The notes below the pieces were generated by a model. That model ran no database searches and was not told the origin of the DNA. It worked only from the letters and a program-made list of their open reading frames with translations. From Eledone cirrhosa (taxonomy: Eukaryota): a stretch of DNA of 64,000 nucleotides. This document shows positions 42,459 through 56,188 of the stretch, piece after piece. The stretch is taken from NCBI GenBank assembly GCA_964016885.1, contig OZ024742.1, positions 294,562,001 to 294,626,000 of the forward strand, read 5' to 3'. The translations under genes and the position numbers were made by a program. Each line of letters starts with the position of its first letter. Position 1 is the stretch's first letter.

Positions 42459-43777
42459 CTGTTAGTTTTTTGTGGAACATGAGACTTTATTTTTCAAAGC
42501 CTTATCTGAACTCTACTTCCAAAATAGTCTTTATTTCCATTAAAAGTTCCCAATCAGATTTGAAATAATAAGAATGAAAAAAAAATACCCCATCATGGTA
42601 CTACCATAGAAATCAGAATTTTAATGGAGTCACCAGTTTAGGGGATAAATATGTATTTATTATATTAACTATTTATATCATATGAGGAGTTGGTGTATCA
42701 TTTATGTAGATCACTAGAGAAAAAGATTAAAAAAAACACCCATTTAATCTATAACTGTATCCCTTTAACTCTTAGCATCCTGTAATGATTTAGCGGATAA
42801 TGACTAATGAGAGGTTTGTTAATATAAATGTTTATAGTATCTTTCCTAGCGAGCAGATTATTGTGAATATTTGCAGTAGTAGACTAAAGACATTCATTTT
42901 TAACATGATGCTATTGTAGTGCTATTTTGTACTTTTTAAGAATCTTTTGCTAAGGCAGTTTCATGCAGTACAGGATGTTAAAGAAATAAAAAGTATTTGT
43001 GTACATACTAGAAATTGAACCTACCTAACCCATGCAAGATTGAAAAATGGGCCTAAATGATGATGATGATGATGATGATGATAATAATTGTTTCTACTTT
43101 TGGCACAAGACCAGCAATTACCCAGTGTATTACTGGTATTTTATTTTATCGACCCCGTAAGGATGAAAGGTAAAGTTAACCTTGGTGGGATTTGAACTCA
43201 GAATGGAAAGGGCCAATCCATGACCAGTGAAGTGTATTCCTAAGAAAGAAAATAATCACTGCTTACCCTAACAAAATTATTATAGCCCTTTCTCCTACTT
43301 TCCTATACAGTCACATCTGCCCTTCTTTACCTCTTCCCCACTTTGTTCATTGCTTGGTTTTGTTTTAATTTTTTTTTCACTTTTTTCTTTTTCTTTCATA
43401 TCTCCATAATAATGGTTCAATTTTTTTTGTATCAGATTTTTCTTTTGAAAAAGATGTTATCATTGTATGAGGCTATTGTTACTCATATATACAACATTCC
43501 ATACACATACATACATGTATATATATATCCATCTATCTATCTATATATATATATATATATGCATACACATGCACACACACACACACACATATATGTATAT
43601 ATACATGCACAAACACACACATATATAAATATACACACACATATATGAATACACACTATCATCATCTCTGTTATAAGCATATATGTGTATATATATATAT
43701 GCATACATATATATATAATATAGATGTATATATATAGGACATTTATACATATACATACATGTATATATATATAACAT

Positions 43778-43848
<71 letters not shown>

Positions 43849-43944
43849 TATATATATGAATATATAAGAGAGTGTTGTAGTTTGCTTGATGCATTGTGTG
43901 TTAAGTATAAGGAGGTATGTAATTTGAAGGCTGTGACAATACAA

Positions 43945-44114
43945 AAGGTGTGGTATGATTTAAGATAAAAGAAAGTAACAAAGCTGTTCTGTTTTATCTG
44001 TTCTTTATTCAAACGTGACCTTAATTTTCGAAAATTAAGGTCGTATTTCAATAAAAACCGGGTAAAACAGAATGGCTTTGTTATCTTCTTTTATCTTAAA
44101 TCATACCACACCTT
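43945..44114. repeat. Palindrome with about 85-bp arms and no loop (foldback element)
   Basis: Centred on TTTTCGAAAA (44025-44034). Confidence 0.85.
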
Positions 44115-44195
44115 AACACCTTTCTGGTGACAACACATCAAAGGATTATTATGTAATCGCTTTGATGTCTTTGAAATGTGCATAGCACGATTATA

Positions 44196-44484
44196 TATTC
44201 TCAGACTAGGTGATGTGTTGTTTCCTTGAGCAAGACACTTTATTTCACATTGCTCCAGTTTACTCAGCTGTAGAAATGAGATGATAGAGACTGGGGTCCC
44301 TATCATTCCACTGCAACGTGGTCGTGGAGGTGCCACGGCAAAAAAGCACCCAGCACTCACTGTAAATGAGGTTGGTGTTAGGAAGGGCATCCAGCTGTAG
44401 AAATCAAGCCAGAATCAGTTCCCGTCCCACCCTTGCAAGCAGGGAAAAGTGGACGTAAAATGAAATGATGATGAATGAATGATG

Positions 44485-44485
<1 letters not shown>
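44196..44485 (+). mobile_element. SINE family B, 5'-truncated
   Basis: Near-identical to 11063-11346. Confidence 0.85.
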
Positions 44486-44516
<31 letters not shown>

Positions 44517-44681
44517 ATATATGTATATATATACATATATATATATTTACATATATAGATATATACATATATATATATATACTATATATATGTAATATAT
44601 ATGTATATATGTATATGTATGTATATATATATATATATATGTATATATTTGAAAATGTGTCAGATCCTTGGTACAGTTAGG

Positions 44682-44828
44682 TATATTTGAAAAAAAGGAA
44701 AAGAATGACTTCACTTGTGGTGTTAAACATTTTCATGATTTAATGATATAATATAATATGATATTATAACATTAAATCATAAAATTTTTTAACACTACAA
44801 GTGAAGTCATTCTTTTCCTTTTTTTCAA

Positions 44829-44832
<4 letters not shown>
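44682..44832. repeat. Palindrome with about 65-bp arms
   Basis: GGAAAAGAATGACTTCACTTGT pairs with ACAAGTGAAGTCATTCTTTTCC. Confidence 0.85.
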
Positions 44833-44859
<27 letters not shown>

Positions 44860-44902
44860 TACATATATATATATACGCATATGTATATATCTATATATGT
44901 AT

Positions 44903-44933
<31 letters not shown>

Positions 44934-45946
44934 AACATACACATATACATATATATATATATACCTATATATACACATATACATATATACATATATATAG
45001 AGAGAGATTCAGTGAGACTGTGTGTGGTAAGTCTGTCCCTTTTGAACTACAGGTACAACTCATTTTTGCCAGCTCAGTGCCATGATGAAATAGACTCACG
45101 ACCTTATAACCAGGCCCCAAACACCCTAAACACTAAACCAAGTGTCTTTATTTGCATCAACATTACAAACCATACATAAGAACAGCCACAGTATCAAAAC
45201 AAACACCATTCACTGTTGTGTTAAATGATCTGTGCTGTAAAACTAATATTATCCATACTGCTAGTTGTTTGTACCATCACTACAAACCCTGTATTACTAT
45301 GTGTATAATATTCTACTAGTATTAACAATATACTAATACTCCATTACACCACCATCCTAAGTTCATTGCATCTTCCTTCTGATCAAAGCAAAAATGTACA
45401 CACACATACATGCATACATTCTTATATACATACACACATACACTAATACATACACACATATGGATATACACACATAGATACACACACTTACATACAGCCA
45501 CACATACAAACACATACATGCAAATGGATGCATACATATATGCATACACACACACACATATATATATATTTAAACACAAACACGCACATATATACATACA
45601 TGATTTTTGGTTCAATACTGGAATATTAACATTCCAGAATATTCTATAACAAGTTATATATATGATAAACATTATATATTAATATAATAAATTATAAAAT
45701 ATTTCTGTAACAAGAGCATAATTTCACAGACAGAATCATAATAAACAAATTTTAGAAGTAAAATTTTGCCTGGTTTTTAAACTGTAAATCTTTACCACTG
45801 TCAGTATTTATTAAACAAGAAATTGTCTGTGAGGCACTCCCTGATATAGAGATTTAAAGACAGAGACCCAATGTAGATATGGAGATGAAATGAATGATTT
45901 GTATTTACCTGAAGAAATTGATTCACATAGAATATAGACTATAAAG

Positions 45947-46110
45947 TAGGCATGGGCAACCTTTTTCGAGCAGTATGCTGCATAGAATATGACTCACCAT
46001 AAGGCAGGCCACACTACTAAAAAATTCAAGGCAATTTGGAAATTAGGCATACCATTCAGAAAGTCAAATAGGCTGCATGTGGCTCGGGGGCCGCAGTTTG
46101 CCCATGACTG
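45947..46110. mobile_element. hAT-superfamily MITE (164 bp)
   Basis: TIR TAGGCATGGGCAA / TTGCCCATGACTG with a perfect 8-bp TSD CTATAAAG (45939-45946 and 46111-46118). Confidence 0.88.
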
Positions 46111-48541
46111 CTATAAAGATTAGACTTTTATGAAAATGTATTAAAATTGGAATTTTAAAGATTTTACTATCCATGTTAGATTGAACAAAACCATTATTCT
46201 GAATTTTGGTTACATAGATATATAACAATATTTTTACTCCACTTTAGTTAAGATTCTCTCTTGTAATACTCCTTCTGTGAATATTTTAAGTCCTATGTGT
46301 CATAATATATCAGGATTCTGATCTGAGCATGAGTTTATTCACAAGTAAAAGACTTAAACTAATTGTCACTCTCATTGTAAGAAACAACACAGCAGAATTC
46401 TTCAGTCTTGTTTCACAAAAGAGAAGTCAGTTATGATGAGAACATGCAAGAAGCAAAACTGCAATCATAGTAGTTGAACCACTCAACAACAAAAAGAACA
46501 ATTAAACAAAAGGTTATGTATGAAGAGAGTATTAAAAAAATAGTTTTGAATTGCTGTCTGAGAATATTTGTTATGACTGATGTTTTTGTATTTAATGCTT
46601 GATCTCTTTAGAAGCTATAGGGTTACTAAATATTTCTAAAGAGAGGGTAGACTAGAAGTAGGGGACATATGGGACAATTTACATTGGCCTACAAATTTTA
46701 GGGACCCTACTTGCCTCAGATTTTCCTTCCATTATTCTATTCTGTTACACCAGTAGTCCATATATAAATCCCATGTATCTAACACTGGTTAGTAAACTAT
46801 TCAATGAGCAGTTTGAAATGGGGTCTACATTTTATAGTTGACCTGAGCTTAGGGTCTTTCATCTAAAATCTGACTTGGACCTATTACCAGCTTGGGGAGG
46901 GGGAACTACTTTCATATATGGTCTGGGCACTTTACTAAATTTTGGGGAACAGGGGGCTATATTTTACATCTAGGCCTATTACATCCAGGCCTATTATCAA
47001 TTTTGCATTGGCCTGTCTAAAAGCTCAGAGTAATGTATTCACAAAACTTGGAGTCCTATTGTTTGTATTGCATCTGGCCAATGAAACATTTTGTATCTTA
47101 AACCAGTGAAGTAAGAATAACCTAGATATTTAATGTAACAACAAAAATGAAGGAGATTATACTTTCAAGGCAAAAACACCTTAGTCTTAATGGTAGTACA
47201 TGACCACAAGGTGTGTGATGTAGGGTAAAAGTAAGTTATCATCAGGCTTCTAGTGAGCTAAATTTATGAGTCTCAATTTTCTGTTGTTAATATATTTTAT
47301 TTTGATTATACCATTAAAAACATTGGAAAAGGTTTGAAGATCAAATAATCTTATTTCCTTTTCTATTTCAACCTTGAGTCATGTGCCTATGTAACACATA
47401 AATCTTAATCAAAGTATATAAAATCAATGATTGTTTTCTTTGAGCCTGGCTATAAAGTGGCAAACATGAAGCCATAGTAAAGGTTTTCATTAAAGGAATC
47501 TTCACCATTTTATGTTTGAAACCACTTATTGTTTAGAAGAAGTTAGAGTATCTGTAGGTTTGCAGCCTGACTAAAGATCTTTTGAGAACTACATTTATTT
47601 ACTGTTTAATCAGGAATTCTATTAAAGGTATCCAAGAGCCATGTGATGGTGTTAAACTAGCTGATGGTTTAAGTCTGCCACCAAAGTAAGTCACAGCATG
47701 ATTTGAACTCAGAATATAAAGAGTTGGCCCATAAGAGTGGTTTCTTGGGATGGTTGAAATAACCAGATGTATCTAAATAGTATGACATGAGAATTTAGAT
47801 GTGAGAAAATATATCCAACAACAGAGTTATTCTACATTATCATATTCACCACTGACTTATGCTAACCCTTCTATTAACATATTTTCTATGAAATATTCTA
47901 GGTGTTTCAATTAATTAAAACAATAATCAAGAATTTTGAAGGGATTTACTAATACAACTAACTTCTCCCTTATTAATAGCTCTATACGGACGTTTAAATT
48001 GATTAAATAAATACATAAATACATAAATAAATAAGTAGGGAGATTGAAACATAAGAAAAGATTCTTGCTTAGAATAATGATGGGAGGTTTATATTTAAAT
48101 AAGAACACTTCAAGGTGGATATTTTTTGTATCATAGAATCATGGGCTGTTTCAGTTGGTTTGGTATCAAAATGATTAATTTTGAATTATCATATACATTC
48201 CTCACTATCGTAAAGGACCGAAGGAAATTGAAGAATAGATCCCCAGAGGATGTCTCAAATGTTTTGGATCAAAAATTAAGATTTCCATCTGTTATAGTGT
48301 TTCATGTGTGATAGGTAAAGATTATATAAAGATATAAAACCAACAATACACACACAAACACACACAAATAATAACACTAATACACACAGAGGAATTATGT
48401 CAACCCAATCACATATTAAAATAGGGTAGTTACAGTATGAATTAATTGAAAATAGTGTCATCTGGATTATTAAATAGCCTTATTATAGACTTAGTAATGT
48501 TTACTGAATAACAACATCACTTAACTAAATATGACAATTAC

Positions 48542-48583
48542 CTTGGAGAAGCCCGCCACTTGTTAAGAGATGACACATTGCTT
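48542..48583 (-). CDS. Gene B possible 42-nt symmetric exon (phase 2 reading SNVSSLNKWRASP)
   Basis: Acceptor ctgacttacttag, donor AAG|gtaatt. Length is a multiple of 3. Confidence 0.35.
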
Positions 48584-49055
48584 CTAAGTAAGTCAGTCAC
48601 ATAGGATCAAGCTATCCAAGCAATATAATATATATATGTATATCTACTTCAACTGTGGGGTATTCCATTATGTGGTTGCTACAAAACGACAATGAACTGG
48701 TCCAAACTAAGAGGTTTTTTTTCAAAATCAGGGAAAGACTAGTTGACAACTTCTTGCTGCAGAGTGTGGAAGAATGAAGTGGCTTCCAAACGTTCTAATT
48801 AGAAGATGAATATGTGGAGTAGATCCATGACAGAATATTGGTCAGGTGTCTGTGACAGGGGCTGCTCTGTAAGCTCTATTTAACGCATATAGTCCCATCC
48901 CTTTGGAGAAAAATGGTGCATGGTTAAAACTTTTGAAAAATAGAAGTTAGCACAAAGTTACAAGATTATGTGCAAAAGATATTAGGAGGAACTCAGGAGT
49001 ACAAGTATATAAAAATGTAGGATGTATTTATACATCAATGAGCAATGTAATGGTG

Positions 49056-49165
<110 letters not shown>

Positions 49166-49265
49166 ATGATTGTGGTAGGTTGTACATATAATTGATTGAG
49201 AGCATGTAGAGATATTAAGAAAAGATAGTTTAGTTATGTGTATCAGTATGAATTAACATGTGTGT

Positions 49266-49318
<53 letters not shown>

Positions 49319-49860
49319 TGTGTCTATATATGCATGTATATATATAATCTACTAAAATGTCCTAAATGGTTTGTTTCATACAGCCTCTGACAATTGAATC
49401 TTATCTCCTGGTCTTCAGGTGGAGGAGATATTTGGAACTGACAAGGAGAAGGAACAAAGGTGAGTTACTGGTGCTTGAAAACCAATTGCTCTGGGTATCA
49501 TCAGCCTTGGGTGGAAGTTTAACTAGGAGAAGGGTCACTCCAATTTTAAACCAGGGTAGATGAGACTTCTTAGCCATAGGTATGACAAACAAATTGTGCA
49601 CAGGAACTCAGAAACCTCCCTAGCTAGTGTCAGAGTGTGCAGTAAGTTTACTGCGCTGTTATTATGGCATTTTTCTAAGTGAGGGAAACCTCGAAGTGAA
49701 ACCTGTGGTTTATGTGATTACTGGTCATCTTGCTTTGGCCTGACACTAGAGAATAACTCTTGTACAAGGATTTGCCACTATAATCCAATGATGTACAGCC
49801 GTCTCTTTTGGTCCTCATTCTATCTCTGAACCTTTGGTGCCCTATTTTCTTTTTCAGAGA

Positions 49861-50146
49861 CAAACCTAAAGTCTGTCTCAAACCAGGAGGCTCATCAGGT
49901 CGGTGCTTATACCAGTTTCATGGCATGAAGTGACTGAGAGTACAAGACTCCCTCTGGATAGGACGGCAGTTCATTGCAGTATTAAACTCCCAGCTATTGC
50001 TGGTATACATTTTCAGCTGAGTACTGGAGCAACGTAAAATAAAGTGTTTTGCTCAAGAACACAACACACAACTCAGCCCACGAATTGAACCCACAATATT
50101 ATGATCATAAGTCCAACACCCTTACCATTAAGCCACGTGCCTCCAC
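49861..50146 (-). mobile_element. tRNA-derived CORE-like SINE with a different 3' domain
   Basis: Head GTGGAGGCACGTGGCTTAATGG and TTCTTGAGCAAAACACTTT core. Similar heads at about 14720-14830 and 59060-59208. Confidence 0.7.
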
Positions 50147-50542
50147 CTGAATTCTCCACATTACTTATATACAACCGATATATTACTGTGGCTGTTGGGG
50201 CGTCATGCAAGACTGAGCCAATGAAATATTAGCACTTCCATAGTTTTGACACCTTGGAGGGTGTAGCATAGGTAGGAGTAGATCTGGCAGCCATACTGTC
50301 TCTGTCTAATATTGGAGATCATTCTGTGGGTGGGGTCCTGGTATTGTCATGATGGTGTATGTCTTTGGCATTGGTGGAGAGATGCTGATAGTGATAGAAA
50401 TGGGCAATCATTTAAGGGATTCCGCACTGCTGACAAGAAGGAGCAATCAAGATATATGTATGTATGTATGATTAATAATAGTATATCGTGCAATGGCCAT
50501 ACTCGATAACGAGGAGGCAGCCATCATCATCATGTATGTATG

Positions 50543-50800
50543 CTTCTCTTTCTCTTAACTTTGAGTACATTTTTGACCGGCCACCTTCCTGGTGGCAAGC
50601 TTTTAAAAGAAAAGAAATGGTCATCCCTTGAATCGCAAGAATGTTTTGCAAATTTTGAAGATGCCAGCTATCACAGCCATTTGTAGTCTATGAATTAGGG
50701 AGCTGCGCTCTTTGTCCACAAATCAAGTTCAGTTATACTTTGGTCCAAGCAGGTTGGTATATGACCTGTAGCTCCAATATGAAGAGTATGAAGCCGAAGG
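50543..50800 (-). mobile_element. R4/Dong-like RLE non-LTR retrotransposon 3' fragment (#2)
   Basis: With one frameshift reads FI..I/GATGHIPTCLDQSITELDLWTKERSSLIHRLQMAVIAGIFKICKTFLRFKG* (stop at 50621), homologous to fragment #1. Flanked by (CATA)n. Confidence 0.7.
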
Positions 50801-50930
50801 TGTATGTATGTATGTATGTATGTATGTATGTATGTATGTATGTATGTATGTATGTATGTATGTATGTATGTATGTGTGTATGTATGTATGTGTGTGTGTG
50901 TGTATGTGTGTGTGTATGTATATATGTATG

Positions 50931-51412
50931 TTCTTCTGGTTTTATAATTTCACAAATTTTTACCAATAGAGGGAGAGAGAGTCGGTTTCTAACATAGATA
51001 CAAGACTCTCTCATTGGAATTTACACAACATCAACTAGGTAGATATGTATGCATGTGTATGCAGGTATGGATGTTATTGTATGTGTGGATGTGGATGTTT
51101 TGAGTTGTATGTGTGCATGTGCATATGTTTTGTATCTGTACAAGTGTATATGCAGTTATTAGATGCAGAATTTTTGGAATGTTTTATATATTTTTACTGT
51201 TTCATTAATGGATTGTACTTGTAATTTCCTAACTAGTTGTGTTCTTTCTGTTTTTGTGAAGCCCAGCTTCTCAAGATTTGTACTGAGGCAGTTACTAACA
51301 TATCCCAGTGCCCCAATAATCACAGGTATAAATCTGAAGGTATAGTCAGGGTGGAGTATCTGCAGATTTTTCATTAGTTCTGCATAGATATTCTCCTTTT
51401 TGCTAATCTTTA

Positions 51413-51414
<2 letters not shown>
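50931..51414 (-). mobile_element. R4/Dong-like RLE non-LTR retrotransposon 3' fragment (#1)
   Basis: KISKKENIYAELMKNLQILHPDYTFRFIPVIIGALGYV...KLQVQSINETVKIYKTF, typical of the RLE C-terminus. The 3'UTR ends at (CATA)n. Confidence 0.78.
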
Positions 51415-51443
<29 letters not shown>

Positions 51444-51468
51444 TGTATGTATATATGTATGTATGTAT

Positions 51469-51877
51469 GAGAGATGACCCCTTAGCCTTTGTCAAGGCAG
51501 AATTCTAGGAGAAGGAAAACTCTGATATAACACCTGCAACCCTGATGGTATCCAATGATGTTGACTTGTTCTTCTTTTTGGTAAATATCATCTTGGTTAA
51601 GAGAGTGGGACTGGCTTTGTGCAGTGCCTTTGCTCACTATAAAAGCTTCACGGCACAGGCATTGCTTTATATCTGGAGATCTCTCTGCACTTGTCGTCAC
51701 AGAGTACCATGGGCCCAGCACTATGTGTCAATAATTGTCACAAGTGCAGTGTTTGTACCAGAGTTTTCAAGTCGCTGGCTGGACTAAAAAGTCACACTCG
51801 TTCAGCGCTTCGGTAGGGGTTCTCCTACATGGATATGAAGTAGTGGCCGTACTCGAAAACGAGTTGGCAGCCACCAT
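51469..51877 (+). mobile_element. 5'-truncated copy of the non-autonomous RTE derivative, in (TATG)n
   Basis: Near-identical to 41230-41637. Confidence 0.8.
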
Positions 51878-51918
51878 GTATGTATGTATGTATGTATGTA
51901 TGTATGTATGTATGTATG

Positions 51919-51951
<33 letters not shown>

Positions 51952-52099
51952 GTGTATGCATGTATGTAAAGGTGTGTATTTCTATGTGTCAGTGTGTATA
52001 CATATGATTAAGTGTGATGGTTTGAAAATATGACAATTATATGAAAAATAAAAATTGAGATGAAACAAAATTTGTTGAATGAAACTTAAACTGCATTAA

Positions 52100-52975
52100 A
52101 ATTATATATACACCCCCTCTAATAAGTACAGTGAGGAATTTAGTGGGCAAATGAGAGTTTACAAGGGCTCTGTTCTTAGCTCTCTCATAGGGGTTTGGAA
52201 CTGGCTGCTCATAGGAACTGTTATATGCCAATGATCTAGTGCTTATAGCTGAATCTGTGGTATAATTAGCGAAATATTCCAGATGGGAAAATGAAATTTG
52301 GCAAAGACTAAAGTTCTAGTAAGTATAAAGTAAAACAGGGCACTGACCCCTTCAGGGAAATGGCCTTGTTCAGTATGCAGTAGAAATTCCATTCTATGCA
52401 CCAAATGCAAACAAGAAATGTAGCTGGATCTCAGGCATGCTAGCAAAGATTGTAGGCTTTATGTGTGGTTAATGTACAGGAGCAGTAAGCTGCAAGAGCT
52501 CACATGAAACAAGCTCTGTAAAATGCTCAGAGGGCTCCATAAATATAGTTGACACGTAGGTGATTAAATCAGCAGTGGGCGCTCTGAAAGTCCAGTTGCC
52601 GGAGTGTGAATAGTGTGGAAAGAGTTCAGGGAGCTACTTCCATTGCTAGCTAAAGAAGGTTCTTCCCTTAACATGAAAGGCAGATTGTTTGGTGCTTGTG
52701 TGTGAATAGCAATGCTGCATGGAAGTGAGACCTGAGCGCTGTGTGCATAGGACCTACAAAGATTGGAAAAAGAATGAAGCATGCATGCTCTGATGGATGT
52801 GTAATAGTAGTGTACATGAAGGAAGAATTGCCAACGAACTGAGAGAGAAACTGGGCATAAGAGGGGTGAGATACAGTGTGCAGGAGAAGAGATTGCAGTG
52901 GTATTGACATGTGATGAGTATGGAAGATGACAGCTGTATAAAAAGGTGCAAGGTATTTGAAGTTGATGGGAACTA
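52100..52975 (+). mobile_element. Highly decayed RTE LINE fragment, same family as 34090-35225
   Basis: Colinear nucleotide similarity (CAGGGAAATGGCCTTG, ATGAAAGGCAGA, TGTGCAGGAGA) with many stops. Confidence 0.85.
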
Positions 52976-53971
52976 CCCATCCCCTCCCCCTTCACTACCT
53001 TAGTATCCTACCTTAAATCTCCCGCCTTCACATCCTCCATCCCTATCCTGCACTCCTGATACACCTCTTCTGTCTAACCCATGCACTCATGCATGGAAAA
53101 CCAGACACACTCTACACCTACTTTCTCACAGTGCTGTGTCATGAAAAAAGGCATCCAGTCCATCTTATATGGAGGATAATGCTGATGCCACAGAAACAAA
53201 ATCACTCTGTTCACCCTGTAAGGTGGTTGTGATGGTGCTACGAAAAAGTTCCCAGTCTCATCTGTTGGGTGGTCATCCTGGTATCATAATGAAAATCACG
53301 CAGTCCACCCTATAAAGTAGTAGTGTAAACCACGAAAAAGCTCCCAGTACATGCTGTAACATGGTTGGCATTAGGAAGGACATCCAGCAATAGAAACCAA
53401 GCCACAAAGATAAGCAAGGCATGATCATCTGACTTGAACTAGCTATCCTCATAATGTGACAATCCATCTAACCTTACCATACCATACATACATATATATA
53501 TACCCCAAAACACAGAATTTCTTATATACTTGTGGCTAAACAATAAAAAGGACAATAATACGACAATATGTCAACGGAATAGTGGTAAGGCCCATACTTA
53601 GGATCCCACGTGAGGTTAATATTAGGTATATATATACATATGTATATATATATATATATTTATAATGACCTCAATCACAGCTAGATTTAACATTCCACCT
53701 CTCTCAAACCAGTAAGGGCGCAAGTTAATGAGGGGGTGGGAGTTGTATGTGGTCCCAAACTCTGCTAGAAATAGCAGCTGTATGTGGTCTCAAAATCTTC
53801 TACAGTCAAATCTCCCTTAACACACATACATACATACACACATTTCATGTGTTTTCCTTATAAGCGTTTCAGTTATGGACATAATGTACTGCCTGGTCTC
53901 GGAATTGAACTCATAGCTTTATGATCAGGAACCCAACACCTTAATAATTAAGCCACATACCTTCACTTAAT

Positions 53972-54009
<38 letters not shown>

Positions 54010-54030
54010 CATATACAGATATACATATAC

Positions 54031-54061
<31 letters not shown>

Positions 54062-56128
54062 TATATATATATATACATATACACACACACACACACATAT
54101 ATATGTATACACACAGACACACACACACACACAACACATAGACCATTATTCATTGAATATTTAATGTAGAGAAGTATTTTTTAAATGGATATTTAAGAGA
54201 GATCCTGGAGCCCTGGCTTTAGTTAAATGTTAAATTATTACTGGACCCTATTATAATTAAATGAGTAAACCTAAGCGTCTAAGAGCTCTGAAATCTTGGA
54301 ATGGTTAAAATATTGGAATGGTTTCTATTCGAGGCACAAGGCCAGCAATAGAGGTACTTTACTGCTACTTCATTTTATCAACCCAGGAAGGAAGAAAGAC
54401 AAAGTTGATTTTTGGTGGGACTTCAACTCAGAACATAAAGAACCAGAACCAATGCTACAAAGCATTTTCCCAACAATCTAATGATTCTGCCAATCTACGC
54501 TCTTACTAAGTTGAATTGATAATAAATCTAAGAAGTAGAATTGTTAAAGATTCTCTACAAACCATCTAAAATATATAAAAATATACTGATTGCTGCATAA
54601 AATAATTTTTAAAAAGATATTTTTAATACATTATTAAATGAAATAAATAAATTAGTTTTAATAATAATAGTAAAAATCAACATTTAGGACAATCTTAAGT
54701 AAGATCTTGAAACATCTTAAATCCTCTTAACTAAGATATAAAAACATTTAGGATGATCTTAAAACATCAAAGATTATAAAACTTGAAGGATGATCTCAAG
54801 TAAGGTCTTAAATCACTTAGGACAATCTTAAGTAAGATCAGAAAGCAGATTAAATAGTTTAATGATATACATATATCTCTTTTCTTCTTAAGACTTTTGG
54901 TAGAGATTGACATTGCTACTTAAATGAAATCTGACCTTGCAAATAAGAGGCAGTTCCAAGTATCAAGAAGGGGCTATTTTGGAATGGAACTTTGCTTACA
55001 TGACATTGAATTTGCTATAAAAAATTATTCTTTAGAGCAAAGTTTCATTTCATTACCCTTTGAAATGAATGTTTTATGGCCTTAATATTGTTAATTAATA
55101 TTGTTAATTAATATTTTTGTAATTATCATAGTCTATAAAGTGGGTGGTGTTTGAACAGAAATAACATTGGGTAGAGAGGACACATTAGTCCTGTTGAGAA
55201 CATGACAGTCTCTCTAGTACTTGAGCCATGATAAAGTGCACTCAGTACATTATACAAATTGGTTGGTGATAGGCAGGATATCCAACTGTAGAATCCATGC
55301 CAAAAATGGAAAATACAAACAATATATAATTTTCTGTTGAATGTTGGATAACATCCATGAGCTTGGCTGGTCTCACTTGGAGATACAGCTGGATTAGTTG
55401 TAGATGGTTGCTTCTGACAGGACCCGCTGGAAGGAGTGTTTGAGGACTCTGCCTCCACAACCCTCGCAAGAAGAAGAAGAAGAAGAAGAAGAAGAAGATC
55501 TAGGTGGTTAGTAACCCTGAATAAGAACTGACTCGGAATGTAATGACTTTTCCAGCTCAGGCCAGCATGGAAATCAAGCATAAAATTTTGATGATGATGA
55601 TGGTGATGATAATGATGATGTAAACACTTATTACTGGTATCTTGAACAACATCATAAATAATCTTACTCATTTGGAAAAAATGATACTTTCAGACAACAT
55701 TAATGGTTGGGTTAGTTGTGATTATTATATTCTCAACTAAGACTATTATAAACAAACAGGGTATATAGAATTGCAATACAAATGACATCATTCGCCTGGG
55801 AACTAGTGTAGAACATGACCAGATAGTCATCAACACACATTTTAGACAAAACAAATACTATAAGACATCATAATATCAACCAACATCTCATTGCTGGTCA
55901 TATGTCTGATGTCTGACTATGTCATTGTTTGTAACTGATGGAAACAACTAGAATATCTCAAAGGTATGAGATATGTTGAAGACTACTGGGATACAACATG
56001 GGTCTATATTAAAGTTTAAACTTGAGTAGAAACACTGGAACCACAAGCAGATACATCACAAACATATAGATGTTTCAACCCTTAATGGGAACAGTTTGCA
56101 AACATTGACAGAGTATCATCAATCTCAC

Positions 56129-56188
56129 CCTGTGTCCAGAAACGGTAACAGGAGGACTGGGATCATTTCACTCTGCGACCTCTGAACT
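56129..56188 (-). CDS. Gene B putative 60-nt symmetric exon (phase 2, VQRSQSEMIPVLLLPFLDTG)
   Basis: Strong acceptor ttgtttttttgcag and donor AGG|gtgaga. GC-richer than flanks; only phase 2 is open. Confidence 0.5.

Noticed and set aside
43343-45672. Many YI/HT/CV-rich ORFs (also near 20.8, 40.4, 54 and 60.7 kb)
   Set aside because: Translations of (TA)n, (CA)n and (TATG)n microsatellites.
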